Assembly: GCA_965206075.1 (NCBI GenBank)
Contig: CBDBIS010000005.1
Coordinates: forward strand, 3,155,041-3,219,040
Reading direction: 5' to 3'
Origin: Alphaproteobacteria bacterium
Lineage (GTDB): Bacteria; Pseudomonadota; Alphaproteobacteria; Bin95
Length of the DNA stretch: 64,000 nt
Below the pieces are notes generated by a model that searched no databases, was not told the DNA's origin, and saw only the letters and a program-made list of their open reading frames with translations. The first letter of the stretch is position 1. Every line of letters starts with the position of its first letter. A program made the translations under genes and the position numbers. This document shows positions 1 to 11,391 of this stretch, piece by piece.

Positions 1-1137
1 CATGACGGGAAAGGCGCAATGATGGCCGGCGCGCACCGCCACGCCCGCCCGGTCGATGATGGTGCCGATATCGTGGGGATGCGCCTGCTCCATGGTGAAG
101 GAGACGATGGCGCCGCGCTCGCGCGCATGGCCGACAATGCGCACGCCCGGCACCGCGGAGAGGCGTTCTCGGGCATATTCGGCGACGTCGGCTTCATGCG
201 CCAGGATCGCGTCGCGGCCGACGGCCTCGATATAGTCGAGCGCGGCGCCGAGCCCCACCGCCTCGACGATGGCGGGCGTGCCGGCCTCGAATTTGTGCGG
301 GGCGTCCTTGAAGGTGCTCTTCTCGAAGGTGACGTGCGCGATCATCTCGCCGCCGCCCTGGTAGGGGGGCATGGAGTCGAGCAGCGCCTTCCGGCCCCAG
401 AGCGCGCCGATGCCGGTCGGCCCGTAGGTCTTGTGCCCGGAGAAGCAGTAGAAATCGACATCGAGGTCCTGGACATCGACGGGCATGTGCGGTGCGGCCT
501 GGCAACCGTCCACCATGAACAGCGCGCCCTTCTCATGCGCCATCCGCGCCATCTCCCTTATCGGCAGCACCGTGCCGATGGAGTTGGAGACATGGGTGAC
601 GGAGACGAGCTTCACCCTCCCGTCCAGCAGCCCGGCATAGGCGTCGAGGTCGATCTCGCCCGCATCGTCCACGGGAATGACCGCGAGCTCGGCGCCCGTC
701 CCGTCGCGCAGCAATTGCCAAGGCACGATGTTGGAATGGTGCTCCAGCGTCGAAATGACAATCCGGTCGCCGGGCCCGATATTCGCCCGGCCCCAGGCGG
801 AGGCGACGAGGTTGAGGGCCTCGGTTGCGCCCCGCGTCCAGACGACCTCGTCGGCCTCGTGCGCACCGATGAAGCGCGCGACCGTCTCGCGCGCCGCCTC
901 GAATTGGTCCGTGCAGGCCTGGGAGAGGAAATGCACGCCCCTGTGGACGTTGGAGTAGGTCTCCTCCATCACCTCGGTCATCGCGCGGATGACCTGGCGC
1001 GGCTTCTGGGCGCTGGCGCCCGTGTCCAGATAAACCAGCGGCTTGCCGAACACTTCGCGCGCGAGAATCGGGAAATCCTCGCGGATCGCCATCACGTCGT
1101 AATTCGGCCTGACGGCTGCGGTGCTGTCCGGGCTCAT
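1..1137 (-). CDS. sufS: cysteine desulfurase SufS (3' end cut by window edge)
   Basis: Not in ORF track because there is no stop in the window. The minus frame is open from nt 1 to the ATG at 1137-1135, with an ATGA overlap on the sufD stop. Hand translation gives MSPDSTAAVRPNYDVMAIRE... and the PLP-lysine motif VDFYCFSGHKTYG (around nt 421-460). Last gene of the sufBCDS order. Confidence 0.85.
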   Translation of the reverse strand, partial: MSPDSTAAVRPNYDVMAIREDFPILAREVFGKPLVYLDTGASAQKPRQVIRAMTEVMEETYSNVHRGVHFLSQACTDQFEAARETVARFIGAHEADEVVWTRGATEALNLVASAWGRANIGPGDRIVISTLEHHSNIVPWQLLRDGTGAELAVIPVDDAGEIDLDAYAGLLDGRVKLVSVTHVSNSIGTVLPIREMARMAHEKGALFMVDGCQAAPHMPVDVQDLDVDFYCFSGHKTYGPTGIGALWGRKALLDSMPPYQGGGEMIAHVTFEKSTFKDAPHKFEAGTPAIVEAVGLGAALDYIEAVGRDAILAHEADVAEYARERLSAVPGVRIVGHARERGAIVSFTMEQAHPHDIGTIIDRAGVAVRAGHHCAFPVM

Positions 1138-2339
1138 GCGCCGGCCTCCAGAAATGCGTCGATTCGTTCCTCGACCGCCCTGTGCAGCGCGTCGCCGGGC
1201 GTTTCGTCCAGGATCTCGGAAAGGAATGCGCGCACGAGAAGCCCGCGGGCGGTGTCGGCGGGAATGCCGCGTGTGCGCAGATAGAAGAGCGCGTCCCCGT
1301 CTATGTCGCCGGCCGTCGCGCCGTGGCTGCACTGGACGTCGTCGGCATAGATTTCGAGCACCGGCTTGGCGTCGATCTCGGCCCGGCCGGAGAGCAGCAG
1401 CGCGCGGTTGAGCTGGTGGCCGTCCGTCTTCTGCGCGCCCTCGGCGACGACGATATGGCCCTGGAAGACGCCGCGTGCCTGCCCGCCGATGGCGCCCTTG
1501 TACACCTGCCGGCTGGTCGCGCCCGGCGCGCGGTGCTCGATGCGGCTCGTATGGTCGGCAAGCTGCCGGCCGGCGACGGCATAAGCCCCCTTGAGGGAGA
1601 GTTCCGCGCCTTCGCCCAGGATTTCGGTCTCGATCTGGTTGCGCGAAAGCCGCGCGCCGAAGGTGAAGACCGTGCTCTCCAGCACCGCGTCCTGGCCGAG
1701 CCGCGCGGGCATGAACCAGAGATGGTGCGCGTCCGTCCCTTCCTCCTGGAGCTTGGTGTGGCGCAGCCTGCCGCCGGCTGCCACTTCGACCTCGGTCACG
1801 CCGTTGACGAAATAGGCGCCGGTTCCGAGCCCGATATGGCGTTCTACGACATGCGCCTCGCCGCCCGGTTCGACGGCGATCCGGTTGCGCGACTGGGCGA
1901 CCGGCCCGGTCCGGCCCGGAACGGTCGCATGGACGATCTCGATGGGTTCTTCCCGCGCGTCGCCCACGGTCAGGACATAGCCGTCGCCCGACATGGCGGC
2001 GTTGAGCGCGACCAGTGGCTCTCCCTCCGCGCCTGCTGCGCCGTTCGGCCCGGCCCAGCGGCCGACGGGAACGGTCGTGAGGTCCTCGCGCAGGAAGCCG
2101 TTGACCAGGACGATGCGCGGCCCGTCGCCGAGAAAGGGCACCGCTGCTTCCATATCGGGCCCCGCCGGCCGGAAGCGCTGGCGCGCGAGCGGGCGCAGGC
2201 TCGTATATTTCCACGCCTCGACACGGTTGGTCGGGAAGCCCTTCGCGGCGAAGGCCTCGAAGGCGGCCCCGCGCTCGCCCGGCAGCGAGGCGCGGATGCT
2301 CTCGAACGCCTCGCGATAGGTGTCCACGCCGAGCGTCAT
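1134..2339 (-). CDS. sufD: Fe-S cluster assembly protein SufD
   Basis: 401-aa ORF (MTLGVDTYREAFESIRASLPG...). Sits between sufC and sufS with 4-nt overlaps. SufD-like C-terminal region. Confidence 0.85.
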   Translation of the reverse strand: MTLGVDTYREAFESIRASLPGERGAAFEAFAAKGFPTNRVEAWKYTSLRPLARQRFRPAGPDMEAAVPFLGDGPRIVLVNGFLREDLTTVPVGRWAGPNGAAGAEGEPLVALNAAMSGDGYVLTVGDAREEPIEIVHATVPGRTGPVAQSRNRIAVEPGGEAHVVERHIGLGTGAYFVNGVTEVEVAAGGRLRHTKLQEEGTDAHHLWFMPARLGQDAVLESTVFTFGARLSRNQIETEILGEGAELSLKGAYAVAGRQLADHTSRIEHRAPGATSRQVYKGAIGGQARGVFQGHIVVAEGAQKTDGHQLNRALLLSGRAEIDAKPVLEIYADDVQCSHGATAGDIDGDALFYLRTRGIPADTARGLLVRAFLSEILDETPGDALHRAVEERIDAFLEAGA

Positions 2340-3084
2340 GCCGCCTCGCCCATGATTTCGCCGTAGCCCTTCTCCTCCAGCTCGAGTGCGAGCTCGCTGC
2401 CGCCCGAACGGAGGATCCGGCCCTTCGCCAGCACATGCACCCGGTCCGGCACGATATGGTCCAGCAGGCGCTGGTAATGGGTGATGATGAGCATCGCCCG
2501 GTCCGGCGAGCGGAGAGCGTTTACCCCTTCGGCGACCACCTTGAGCGCGTCGATGTCGAGGCCGCTGTCGGTCTCGTCGAGGATCGCCAGTCGCGGCTCC
2601 AGAATCGCAAGCTGGAGCATTTCGTTGCGCTTCTTCTCGCCGCCGGAAAAGCCGACATTCAGCGCGCGCTTCAGCATGTCGTCGCCGATGCCGAGCGCGC
2701 GCGCCTTCTGGCGCACGACGCGCAGGAACTGCATGGCGTCGAGCTCGTCCTCGCCCCGGCCGCGCCGGAGCGCATTGAGCGCCGTGCGCAGGAAGGTCAT
2801 GGTGCCCACGCCCGGAATCTCGACCGGATACTGGAAGGCGAGGAAGAGGCCGGCCGCCGCGCGGTCCTCCGGCTCCAGCTCCAGCAGGTCCCGGCCGTCG
2901 TAAAGCACCTCGCCACGGTCCACCGTGTAGCCCTCGCGGCCCGAAAGCACATAGGAGAGCGTGCTCTTGCCGGACCCGTTAGGGCCCATCACGGCATGCA
3001 CCTCGCCGGCGCCGACGGAAAGGCTGACGCCGTTCAGAATCGCCTGGTCCTCGACCGAGGCGTGGAGATCGCGGATTTCAAGCA

Positions 3085-3085
<1 letters not shown>
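2336..3085 (-). CDS. sufC: Fe-S cluster assembly ATPase SufC
   Basis: Start moved to the internal ATG (MLEIRDLHASVEDQ...). Walker A GPNGSGKST and Walker B LAILDETDSGLD. The upstream part of the track ORF is Arg/Pro-rich shadow. Confidence 0.9.
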
Positions 3086-4535
<1,450 letters not shown>

Positions 4536-4539
<4 letters not shown>

Positions 4540-4976
4540 GGGTGCAACTCCTGCGCCTCGAAACGCGAAAAGTCCCGCATCGGGGCCAGCATGTCGGCGA
4601 GCGTCACCTCCTCCAGCGCATCTCGGACCGCATTGTTGATCCGGTCCCAGGAACCGCGCAGCAGGCAGGTCGCTTCGATGGCGCAGTCGCCGCCGTCCAC
4701 GCAGGCGGTCAGCGCCACCGGGCCGTCCACCGCCAGCACGATCTCGGCGACCGAAATGTCTTCGGCCGGCCGGTCGGCCGTGTAGCCGCCATGCGCGCCC
4801 CGGACCGAGGCGACGAGCCCTGCATGGGCCAGCGCCTTCAACACCTGTGACACCGTCGAGGCGGCCAGGCCCGTCGCTTCGGCGACCTCGCTCGCCGAGC
4901 GCGGCCGGTCGGGCCGGGACGCCAGCTGCCCCAGCACGACGACGGCATAGTCGTTCATCCGGCTAAGTCTCAGCAT
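4536..4976 (-). CDS. Rrf2-family (IscR/RirA-like) transcriptional regulator heading the suf operon
   Basis: 146 aa. N-terminal wHTH ([13 protein letters not shown]...) and a C-x5-C-x5-C cluster motif ([13 protein letters not shown]). 4-nt overlap with sufB. Confidence 0.8.
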
Positions 4977-4980
4977 CGCC

Positions 4981-5009
4981 CCAATCCGTAGTCAATCGCT
5001 CCGGATTGG
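4981..5009. promoter_or_regulatory. perfect 8-bp inverted repeat CCAATCCG-N13-CGGATTGG, candidate Rrf2 operator
   Basis: Lies 5 nt upstream of the Rrf2 start codon, in the divergent suf/NUDIX intergenic region. Confidence 0.35.
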
Positions 5010-5104
5010 AAACTGTACCGGAACGCTACGGATTTCAAGCCCCGCACGACGTGCGCGACGGAATGCCCGTGCCCTTGCCCTCCGCCGCCGCTATAAGGGC
5101 GGGC

Positions 5105-5884
5105 ATGGAGCAGTCTCCGGCCATTCCGAAGCCCGCCGCCAGCGTGCTCATCCTGCGCGACGGGCCGGACGGCCTCGAAGTCTTCATGGTGCTGCGCAGC
5201 CCGGAGCTCGACTTTTCCTCGGGCGCGCTGGTGTTTCCGGGCGGCAAGGTCGATCCGGAAGACGGGGACCCTCTGCTGGCCGCGCGCGCCACCGGGCGCT
5301 TCGGCGAGAGGGCGCGGGCGCATCGCATCGCGGCCGTGCGCGAGGCGTTCGAGGAGACCGGCGTGCTGCTGGCGCGGCGCGCGGACGGAACGCTGCTGCC
5401 GCCGGAGGACGCCGGGCGGATCGTTGCGCGCTGGCGGGCGGGCGTGCATGACGGCAGCGTGCCCTTCGACCGCTTCCTCGAAGCCGAGGACCTGGTCGCC
5501 GACACGGCGGCGCTCTGCCATTGCGCGCACTGGATCACGCCGGAGCACTCGGCCAGGCGCTTCGACGTGCATTTCTACCTGGCCGCCCTGCCGCCGGCCC
5601 AGGATGGCAGCCATGACGGCTCCGAATCGGTGGACTCGCTCTGGATCCGTCCGGAAACCGCGCTTCGCGATGCCGCCGAAGGGAGCCGGCCGATCATGTT
5701 CCCGACCCGCGCCATCCTGTCCAGGCTGGCGCGCTCCCGCAATGTGAACGACGCGCTCAGGCGCGCAGAGGCCGAGCCCGTGGAGACGGTGATGACGCGC
5801 ATCGCGGCCACGCCGGCCGGGCGGGTGCTGCGGATTCCCCGCAGCGCCGGCTACCCGATGTCGGAACTCGCCCTCGACAGCTAG
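5105..5884 (+). CDS. NUDIX hydrolase
   Basis: Nudix box GGKVDPED...REAFEETGV. Start chosen at the internal ATG (MEQSPAIPKP...); alternatives are 5006 and 5063. Confidence 0.75.
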   Translation: MEQSPAIPKPAASVLILRDGPDGLEVFMVLRSPELDFSSGALVFPGGKVDPEDGDPLLAARATGRFGERARAHRIAAVREAFEETGVLLARRADGTLLPPEDAGRIVARWRAGVHDGSVPFDRFLEAEDLVADTAALCHCAHWITPEHSARRFDVHFYLAALPPAQDGSHDGSESVDSLWIRPETALRDAAEGSRPIMFPTRAILSRLARSRNVNDALRRAEAEPVETVMTRIAATPAGRVLRIPRSAGYPMSELALDS

Positions 5885-5904
5885 GAAAGGCGGTCTGGAA
5901 CCCC

Positions 5905-6639
5905 ATGTTCGATCTCAGCGGCAGGACCGCGCTGGTTACCGGCGCATCGGGCGGCATCGGCGCCGCGATAGCGCGTGCGCTCGCGGGGCAGGGCGCCCGG
6001 GTCGGGCTTTCCGGCACCCGGGAGGCGGCGTTGGAGGCGCTGGCGGGCGAGCTCGACGGCGCGGCCGTGCTGCCCTGCAACCTCGGCGACAGCGAGGCGG
6101 CGGACGGCCTGGTGGGGCGGGCGGAAGAGGCGCTCGGTCCGCTCGACATCCTCGTCAGCAATGCCGGCGTCACGCGCGACGGCCTCTTCCTGCGCATGCG
6201 CGACGAGGACTGGCAGACGGTGCTCGACATCAACCTGACCGCGGGTTTCCGCCTCGCCCGCTCGTCGCTGCGCGGGATGATGCGCCGCCGGAACGGGCGC
6301 ATCATCGCCGTTTCCTCCGTGGTCGGCGTCACCGGCAATCCGGGCCAGGCGAACTATGCGGCCTCCAAGGCCGGCATGATCGGCATGACGAAAGCCGTCG
6401 CCGCCGAGGTTGCGGGACGGGGCGTGACGGTCAATTGCATCGCGCCCGGCTTTGTCGACACCGCCATGACGGAGGAATTGAACGAGAAACAGAAAGCCCA
6501 GGCGCTCGACCGCGTGCCGGCCGGGCGCTTCGGCGTTCCGGACGATGTCGCGGCCGCAGCGGTGTTCCTCGCCAGCGACGAAGCGGCCTACATCACCGGG
6601 CAGACCTTGCACGTAAATGGCGGCATGGCGATGATATGA
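5905..6639 (+). CDS. fabG: 3-oxoacyl-ACP reductase FabG
   Basis: 244 aa. TGASGGIG Rossmann motif and YAASKAG active site. Located upstream of acpP-fabF. Confidence 0.9.
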   Translation: MFDLSGRTALVTGASGGIGAAIARALAGQGARVGLSGTREAALEALAGELDGAAVLPCNLGDSEAADGLVGRAEEALGPLDILVSNAGVTRDGLFLRMRDEDWQTVLDINLTAGFRLARSSLRGMMRRRNGRIIAVSSVVGVTGNPGQANYAASKAGMIGMTKAVAAEVAGRGVTVNCIAPGFVDTAMTEELNEKQKAQALDRVPAGRFGVPDDVAAAAVFLASDEAAYITGQTLHVNGGMAMI

Positions 6640-6748
6640 TGCGGCGCTGGCCCGCTTCTGCGGGCTGTGCTATGAGCCGTATCCCCATTTAGAGGCCTTG
6701 AGGCCGCAGCGGCAAGCCAACCGGAACAGTCCGAAGGGAAGGGATTGA

Positions 6749-6982
6749 ATGAGCGATATCGCCGATCGCGTGAAGAAAATCGTCGTGGAGCATCTCGGCG
6801 TGGACGAGGGCAAAGTCGTCGAGGGCGCGAGTTTCATCGACGATCTGGGCGCGGACAGCCTCGATACGGTCGAACTGGTCATGGCCTTCGAAGAGGAGTT
6901 CGGCGTCGAGATTCCCGACGATGCCGCGGAAAAGATCGTGACGGTCAAGAACGCGATCGACTACATCAACGAAAACGCCTGA
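6749..6982 (+). CDS. acpP: acyl carrier protein
   Basis: 77 aa with the [11 protein letters not shown] phosphopantetheine site. Confidence 0.95.
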   Translation: MSDIADRVKKIVVEHLGVDEGKVVEGASFIDDLGADSLDTVELVMAFEEEFGVEIPDDAAEKIVTVKNAIDYINENA

Positions 6983-7002
6983 AGCAGCCGGGAAGACACG
7001 GC

Positions 7003-8265
7003 ATGCGCCGCGTTGTAATCACCGGGATGGGCCTGGTTTCGCCGATGGGAATCGGCGTCGAGCCCTCTTGGAAGAGGCTGGTCGAGGGCGAGTCGGGCAT
7101 CGGACCCATCGACACGTTCGACGTGTCGGACCTGCCTTGCCGCATCGCCGCCTACCTGCCGGCGGGAAGCCGCGAAGACGGCCGTTGGGACCCGGATGAG
7201 TGGATGCCCGCCAGGGACCGGCGCAAGCTCGACCCGTTCATCATCTACGGGATGGTGGCGGCCGACCAGGCGGTCGAGGATTCGGGCTGGGAGGCGGAGG
7301 ACGAGGAGGGCCGCAACCGCACCGGCGTCATGATCGGCTCCGGCATCGGCGGATTGCAGACCATTCACGACGCCTCGATCCTGCTGCAGGAGCGAGGCCC
7401 CCGGCGCATCAGCCCCTTCTTCATCCCGTCCGCGCTCATCAACCTCGTCTCCGGGCAGGTTTCGATCAGATACGGCTTCAAGGGCCCCAACCATTCGGTG
7501 GTCACCGCCTGCGCGACGGCGGCGCACGCCATCGGCGATGCGGCCCGGCTGATCGCGCTGGACGATGCCGATGTCATGGTCGCGGGCGGGGCGGAGGCCG
7601 CGATCTGCCGCCTCGGCATCGCCGGTTTCGCAGCCTCGCGGGCGCTTTCGACCAATTTCAACGACGAGCCCGAGCGCGCATCCCGGCCCTGGGACAAGGC
7701 GCGCGACGGTTTCGTCATGGGCGAGGGCGCGGGCTGCGTCGTGCTGGAGGAATACGAGCACGCCAGGGCGCGCGGCGCGCGGGTCTATGCGGAAGTGGTA
7801 GGCTACGGCCTCTCCGGCGACGCCCATCACATCACCGCGCCTGCCGCCGACGGCGACGGCGGCTACCGCGCCATGGAAGCGGCTCTGAAGCGGGCCGGCC
7901 TCGACCCCGAGCGCATCGACTATATCAACGCCCACGGCACTTCGACGCCGCTCGGCGACGAGATCGAGCTCGGCGCCGTGAAGCGGCTGTTCGGCGACCA
8001 CGCCTACCGGTTGTCGATGTCGTCCACGAAATCGGCCCACGGCCATCTGCTCGGCGCGGCCGGGGCCATCGAGGCGATCTTCACCGTCAAGGCCGTGCAA
8101 TGCGGCATCGCCCCGCCGACGCTCAATCTCGAAGACCCGTCCGAAGGCTGCGACCTCGACCTCGTGCCCGGCGCGGCGAAGGAACGCAGGATCGACCATG
8201 CGCTTTCCAACTCCTTCGGGTTCGGCGGCACGAACACGTCGCTGGTCTTCGCCGGCGCGCCCTGA
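7003..8265 (+). CDS. fabF: beta-ketoacyl-ACP synthase II FabF
   Basis: Start at the internal ATG (MRRVVITGMGLVSPMG...). KAS II sequence through ...SNSFGFGGTNTSLVF. Confidence 0.9.
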   Translation: MRRVVITGMGLVSPMGIGVEPSWKRLVEGESGIGPIDTFDVSDLPCRIAAYLPAGSREDGRWDPDEWMPARDRRKLDPFIIYGMVAADQAVEDSGWEAEDEEGRNRTGVMIGSGIGGLQTIHDASILLQERGPRRISPFFIPSALINLVSGQVSIRYGFKGPNHSVVTACATAAHAIGDAARLIALDDADVMVAGGAEAAICRLGIAGFAASRALSTNFNDEPERASRPWDKARDGFVMGEGAGCVVLEEYEHARARGARVYAEVVGYGLSGDAHHITAPAADGDGGYRAMEAALKRAGLDPERIDYINAHGTSTPLGDEIELGAVKRLFGDHAYRLSMSSTKSAHGHLLGAAGAIEAIFTVKAVQCGIAPPTLNLEDPSEGCDLDLVPGAAKERRIDHALSNSFGFGGTNTSLVFAGAP

Positions 8266-8271
8266 TCCCGA

Positions 8272-9246
8272 ATGCGCCGCCGTCGGCTTGTCGGCGTCCT
8301 TCTGGCATTGCTGGCGGCTGCGGCCGCCGGGTTCGCACTCAGGGGGTGGCAGGATTTCAACGCGCCGGGCCCCCTCAAAGAGCAACGCCGGTTGGTCGTG
8401 CCGAAGGGCACCGGCCTCGCGCCGCTGGCGGAGCTGCTCGCCGAACGGGGAGTGTTGCGTCACGCCTTTGCGTTCCGGGTTTTCGTGACCGTGGACGGGA
8501 CGCAGAACCGGCTGAAAGCGGGCGAATACGACTTTCCCGCCGGTGTCAGCGCCGCAACCGTCCGCGATCTTCTGGTGGCGGGGCGGACCGTCGTGCGCCG
8601 GCTGACGGTGCCGGAAGGGCTTACCGCCGCCGGAGTGCTCGAACTGGTGCGAAACGCCGAAGGACTTGTCGGCGAGCCGCCCGATTCCGCGGAGGGACGG
8701 CTGCTGCCGGAGACCTACCACTACAGCTATGGCGACAGCCGCGCGGACCTCGTAGCCCGGATGCGGCGCGCGATGGACAAGGCGCTTGCGCGGCTGTTCC
8801 GCAACCGGTCGGCGGATTCGCCGCTGGAGAGCGAGGAGGAACTGCTCACTCTCGCCTCGATCGTCGAGAAGGAAACCGGCATATCGGGAGAGCGCGCCGA
8901 AGTTGCCGGCGTGTTCGTCAACCGCCTGCGGCGCGGCATGCGCCTCCAGACGGACCCGACCGTCATCTACGCGCTCACCGATGGCCAGCGGGATATGGGG
9001 CGCCCGCTCACCCGGGCCGACTTGCGAGTGGACCACCCCTACAACACATACCGGATCGCCGGGCTGCCGCCGGGCCCGATCGCCAACCCCGGCCTCGCGG
9101 CCCTGGAGGCGGCGGCCCGGCCGGCGGAGACGGATGCGCTCTATTTCGTCGCCGATGGCGCGGGCGGCCATCTGTTTGCGCGGACCCTTCGCGAGCACAA
9201 CCGGAACGTCGCCCGCTACCGCAGGCTGTCGAGGCGGCTGCAATGA
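8272..9246 (+). CDS. mltG: endolytic murein transglycosylase MltG (YceG-like)
   Basis: 324 aa. N-terminal TM segment. Motifs TLASIVEKETG and YNTYRIAGLPPGPIANPG. Confidence 0.85.
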   Translation: MRRRRLVGVLLALLAAAAAGFALRGWQDFNAPGPLKEQRRLVVPKGTGLAPLAELLAERGVLRHAFAFRVFVTVDGTQNRLKAGEYDFPAGVSAATVRDLLVAGRTVVRRLTVPEGLTAAGVLELVRNAEGLVGEPPDSAEGRLLPETYHYSYGDSRADLVARMRRAMDKALARLFRNRSADSPLESEEELLTLASIVEKETGISGERAEVAGVFVNRLRRGMRLQTDPTVIYALTDGQRDMGRPLTRADLRVDHPYNTYRIAGLPPGPIANPGLAALEAAARPAETDALYFVADGAGGHLFARTLREHNRNVARYRRLSRRLQ

Positions 9247-10082
9247 CCCGGCTGTCTTCCATGACCGGTTTCGCCTCCGCAACCGGGCAGGACTGGTCCT
9301 GGGAAGCCCGCTCGGTCAACCATCGCGGCCTCGATCTGCGCCTGCGCCTGCCTCCCGGGTGCGATGGGCTGGAGCCGTCCGCCCGCAAGGCCGCGCAGGC
9401 CCGGTTTGCGCGCGGCAGCGTCACGCTGGAACTGCGGTTCGAGCCGGCATCGGCCGGGCAGCGCTTCCGGGTGGACGAAGCGTGGCTGGAAGAACTGGCG
9501 GAGGTCGCCGGCAGGCGCGGAGGCAGGGACATTGCGGGCCTGATGGGCCTTCGCGGCGTGATCGAAGCGGTCGACCGGGACCCGGAGGCCCGCGACGAGG
9601 CGGCCTTGCTCGCAAGCATGGAGGAGGCGCTGGACGGCCTGCTCGAGGCGCGGCAGGCGGAAGGCCGCGCGCTTGGCGCTGCGCTCGACGATCTTCTCCT
9701 CTCCATGAAGGCGCAGGCCGGGACGGCGCGAAGCTTGGCAGCGACGCAGCCTGCCGCGCTCCGGGAGCGGCTCGTCGCCGCCGTCGCCGCGCTGGATGCC
9801 GAGCTTCCGGAGGACCGCCTGGCCCAGGAAGTGGCACTGCTGGCCGCAAAGGCGGACGTTCGCGAGGAGCTGGACCGGCTGGACGCGCATCTGGAAGCGG
9901 CCTCGGAGCTGCTTGCCTCCGGGGAAGCGGTCGGCCGCAAGCTCGACTTTCTTTGCCAGGAAATAAACCGCGAGGCGAACACGCTCGGCTCCAAGTCGGC
10001 GGACCTCGAGCTCACCCGTGCGGTGCTGGACCTCAAGGCCGCGCTGGAAGCCTTCCGCGAGCAGGCGCGGAACGTCGAATGA
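9243..10082 (+). CDS. yicC: YicC-family stress-induced protein
   Basis: MTRLSSMTGFASATG... to ...REANTLGSKS. In frame inside track ORF 7200..10082, whose upstream part is shadow. Confidence 0.8.
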   Translation: MTRLSSMTGFASATGQDWSWEARSVNHRGLDLRLRLPPGCDGLEPSARKAAQARFARGSVTLELRFEPASAGQRFRVDEAWLEELAEVAGRRGGRDIAGLMGLRGVIEAVDRDPEARDEAALLASMEEALDGLLEARQAEGRALGAALDDLLLSMKAQAGTARSLAATQPAALRERLVAAVAALDAELPEDRLAQEVALLAAKADVREELDRLDAHLEAASELLASGEAVGRKLDFLCQEINREANTLGSKSADLELTRAVLDLKAALEAFREQARNVE

Positions 10083-10723
10083 AGCCCGTCCGGCCCATCG
10101 AGACGCGCGGCCTCATGCTGGTGCTCTCGTCGCCCTCCGGGGCGGGCAAGAGCACCATCAGCCGCGCCGTGCTGGACCGGGAGGACCATATCGCGCTTTC
10201 GGTCAGCGCCACCACCCGCCCGCGCCGCAAGGGGGAAGTCGACGGCCGGGACTATCTCTTCGTCGGCGACGCCGAATTCGACGCCATGGTGGACCGGGGC
10301 GACTTTCTCGAACACGCCGATGTCTTCGGGCATCGCTACGGCACGCCGCGGGCCCCGGTGGAAGCGGCGCTCGGCGAGGGGCGCGACGTGCTGTTCGACA
10401 TCGACTGGCAGGGCACGCAGCAGATCGCCGAGAAGGCCCGCGAGGACCTGGTTTCGATCTTCGTGCTGCCGCCGTCCATCGAGGAGCTGGAACGGCGCCT
10501 GCACGAACGCGCCCAGGACAGCGACGACGTCGTGCGCGCCCGCATGGCCAAGGCGCTCGACGAGGTGAGCCACTATGCCGAATACGACTATGTCGTTATC
10601 AACAGCGACCTGGAGGTCAGCATCTCCGATGTGCGCGTCATTCTCCAGGCGGAACGGCGCCGGCGCACGCGGCAGACGGGCCTGACCGAATTCGTGAACG
10701 CACTCAGGGGAGAAAGGCGATGA
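10079..10723 (+). CDS. gmk: guanylate kinase
   Basis: P-loop SSPSGAGKST with GMP-binding residues. ATGA overlap with yicC. Confidence 0.9.
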   Translation: MKPVRPIETRGLMLVLSSPSGAGKSTISRAVLDREDHIALSVSATTRPRRKGEVDGRDYLFVGDAEFDAMVDRGDFLEHADVFGHRYGTPRAPVEAALGEGRDVLFDIDWQGTQQIAEKAREDLVSIFVLPPSIEELERRLHERAQDSDDVVRARMAKALDEVSHYAEYDYVVINSDLEVSISDVRVILQAERRRRTRQTGLTEFVNALRGERR

Positions 10724-11109
10724 ACGCCAAGGCGAATCCCGCCCCCGGTTTCCGCAAGCGGCCCGACCATCGCGTGGACATAGGACCCGCCGAGGGCCGG
10801 GTGGTGGTGACCTTTGCCGGCCGGACCGTGGCCGACAGCCGCCGCGCGCTGCTCATGCGCGAGAGCGGCTATCCGCCGGTCCACTACATCCCGGAGGCCG
10901 ATCTGGACCCTGGCCCGATGCGGCCGAGCGAGCGGACGAGCCACTGCCCCTTCAAGGGCGACGCCCGCTACCGTTCGCTCGCGGTGGGAGACCGCGTCGC
11001 CGAGGATGCGGTCTGGCACTACCCCGAACCCTATGACGAATGCGCGGCCATTGCAGGCCACGCCGCCTTCTATGTCGGGAAGGTCGACTCAATCGAAGTC
11101 CTGCCCTGA
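10720..11109 (+). CDS. DUF427 domain protein
   Basis: 129 aa (MNAKANPAPGFRKRPDHRVDI...CPFKGDARY...) with a DUF427-like pattern. Confidence 0.65.
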   Translation: MNAKANPAPGFRKRPDHRVDIGPAEGRVVVTFAGRTVADSRRALLMRESGYPPVHYIPEADLDPGPMRPSERTSHCPFKGDARYRSLAVGDRVAEDAVWHYPEPYDECAAIAGHAAFYVGKVDSIEVLP

Positions 11110-11352
11110 CGGGACGCCGTATGCGCTTATCTCCTTCCGGTCGGTATCCGGCGCACCCGCCGGCTCGGCCTCGCCCCGCCTGCCCCGCAGAAGCGGGGGC
11201 CGGCCGTGCGGCGCGGCGAGGCGCCGCCGGGTTGTGAGCAAGGGGATAAACGGGTGACGGTACAGACCGGATAGACGGGCAACAGTTTTCCTTCTTCGTT
11301 CGGATTCGAGCGAGGACATAGAAAAATTTTCATGTTTCGCCCGCCAGGGGGC

Positions 11353-11379
11353 TTGACTGGGAGAAAAGTGTAGTAGAAT
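11353..11379 (+). promoter_or_regulatory. sigma70-like promoter motif of module copy 1 (TTGACT-15 nt-TAGAAT)
   Basis: The same motif, spacing and GGGA..AAAGTG spacer recur at copies 3 and 4. The 15-nt spacer is shorter than optimal. Confidence 0.45.
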
Positions 11380-11391
11380 GCAGGATGAGAG

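Noticed and set aside
19-1284. 421-aa plus-strand ORF at the window start
   Set aside because: It is an antisense shadow of sufS/sufD. It is Arg/Gly/His-rich with no recognisable family, whereas the minus strand encodes a clean SufS with its PLP motif.
6961-9282. 773-aa minus-strand ORF, plus the N-terminal two thirds of plus-strand ORF 7200..10082
   Set aside because: These are off-frame or antisense shadows of fabF, mltG and yicC. Composition is Arg/Pro/Gly-dominated, and the real genes occupy the other frames.
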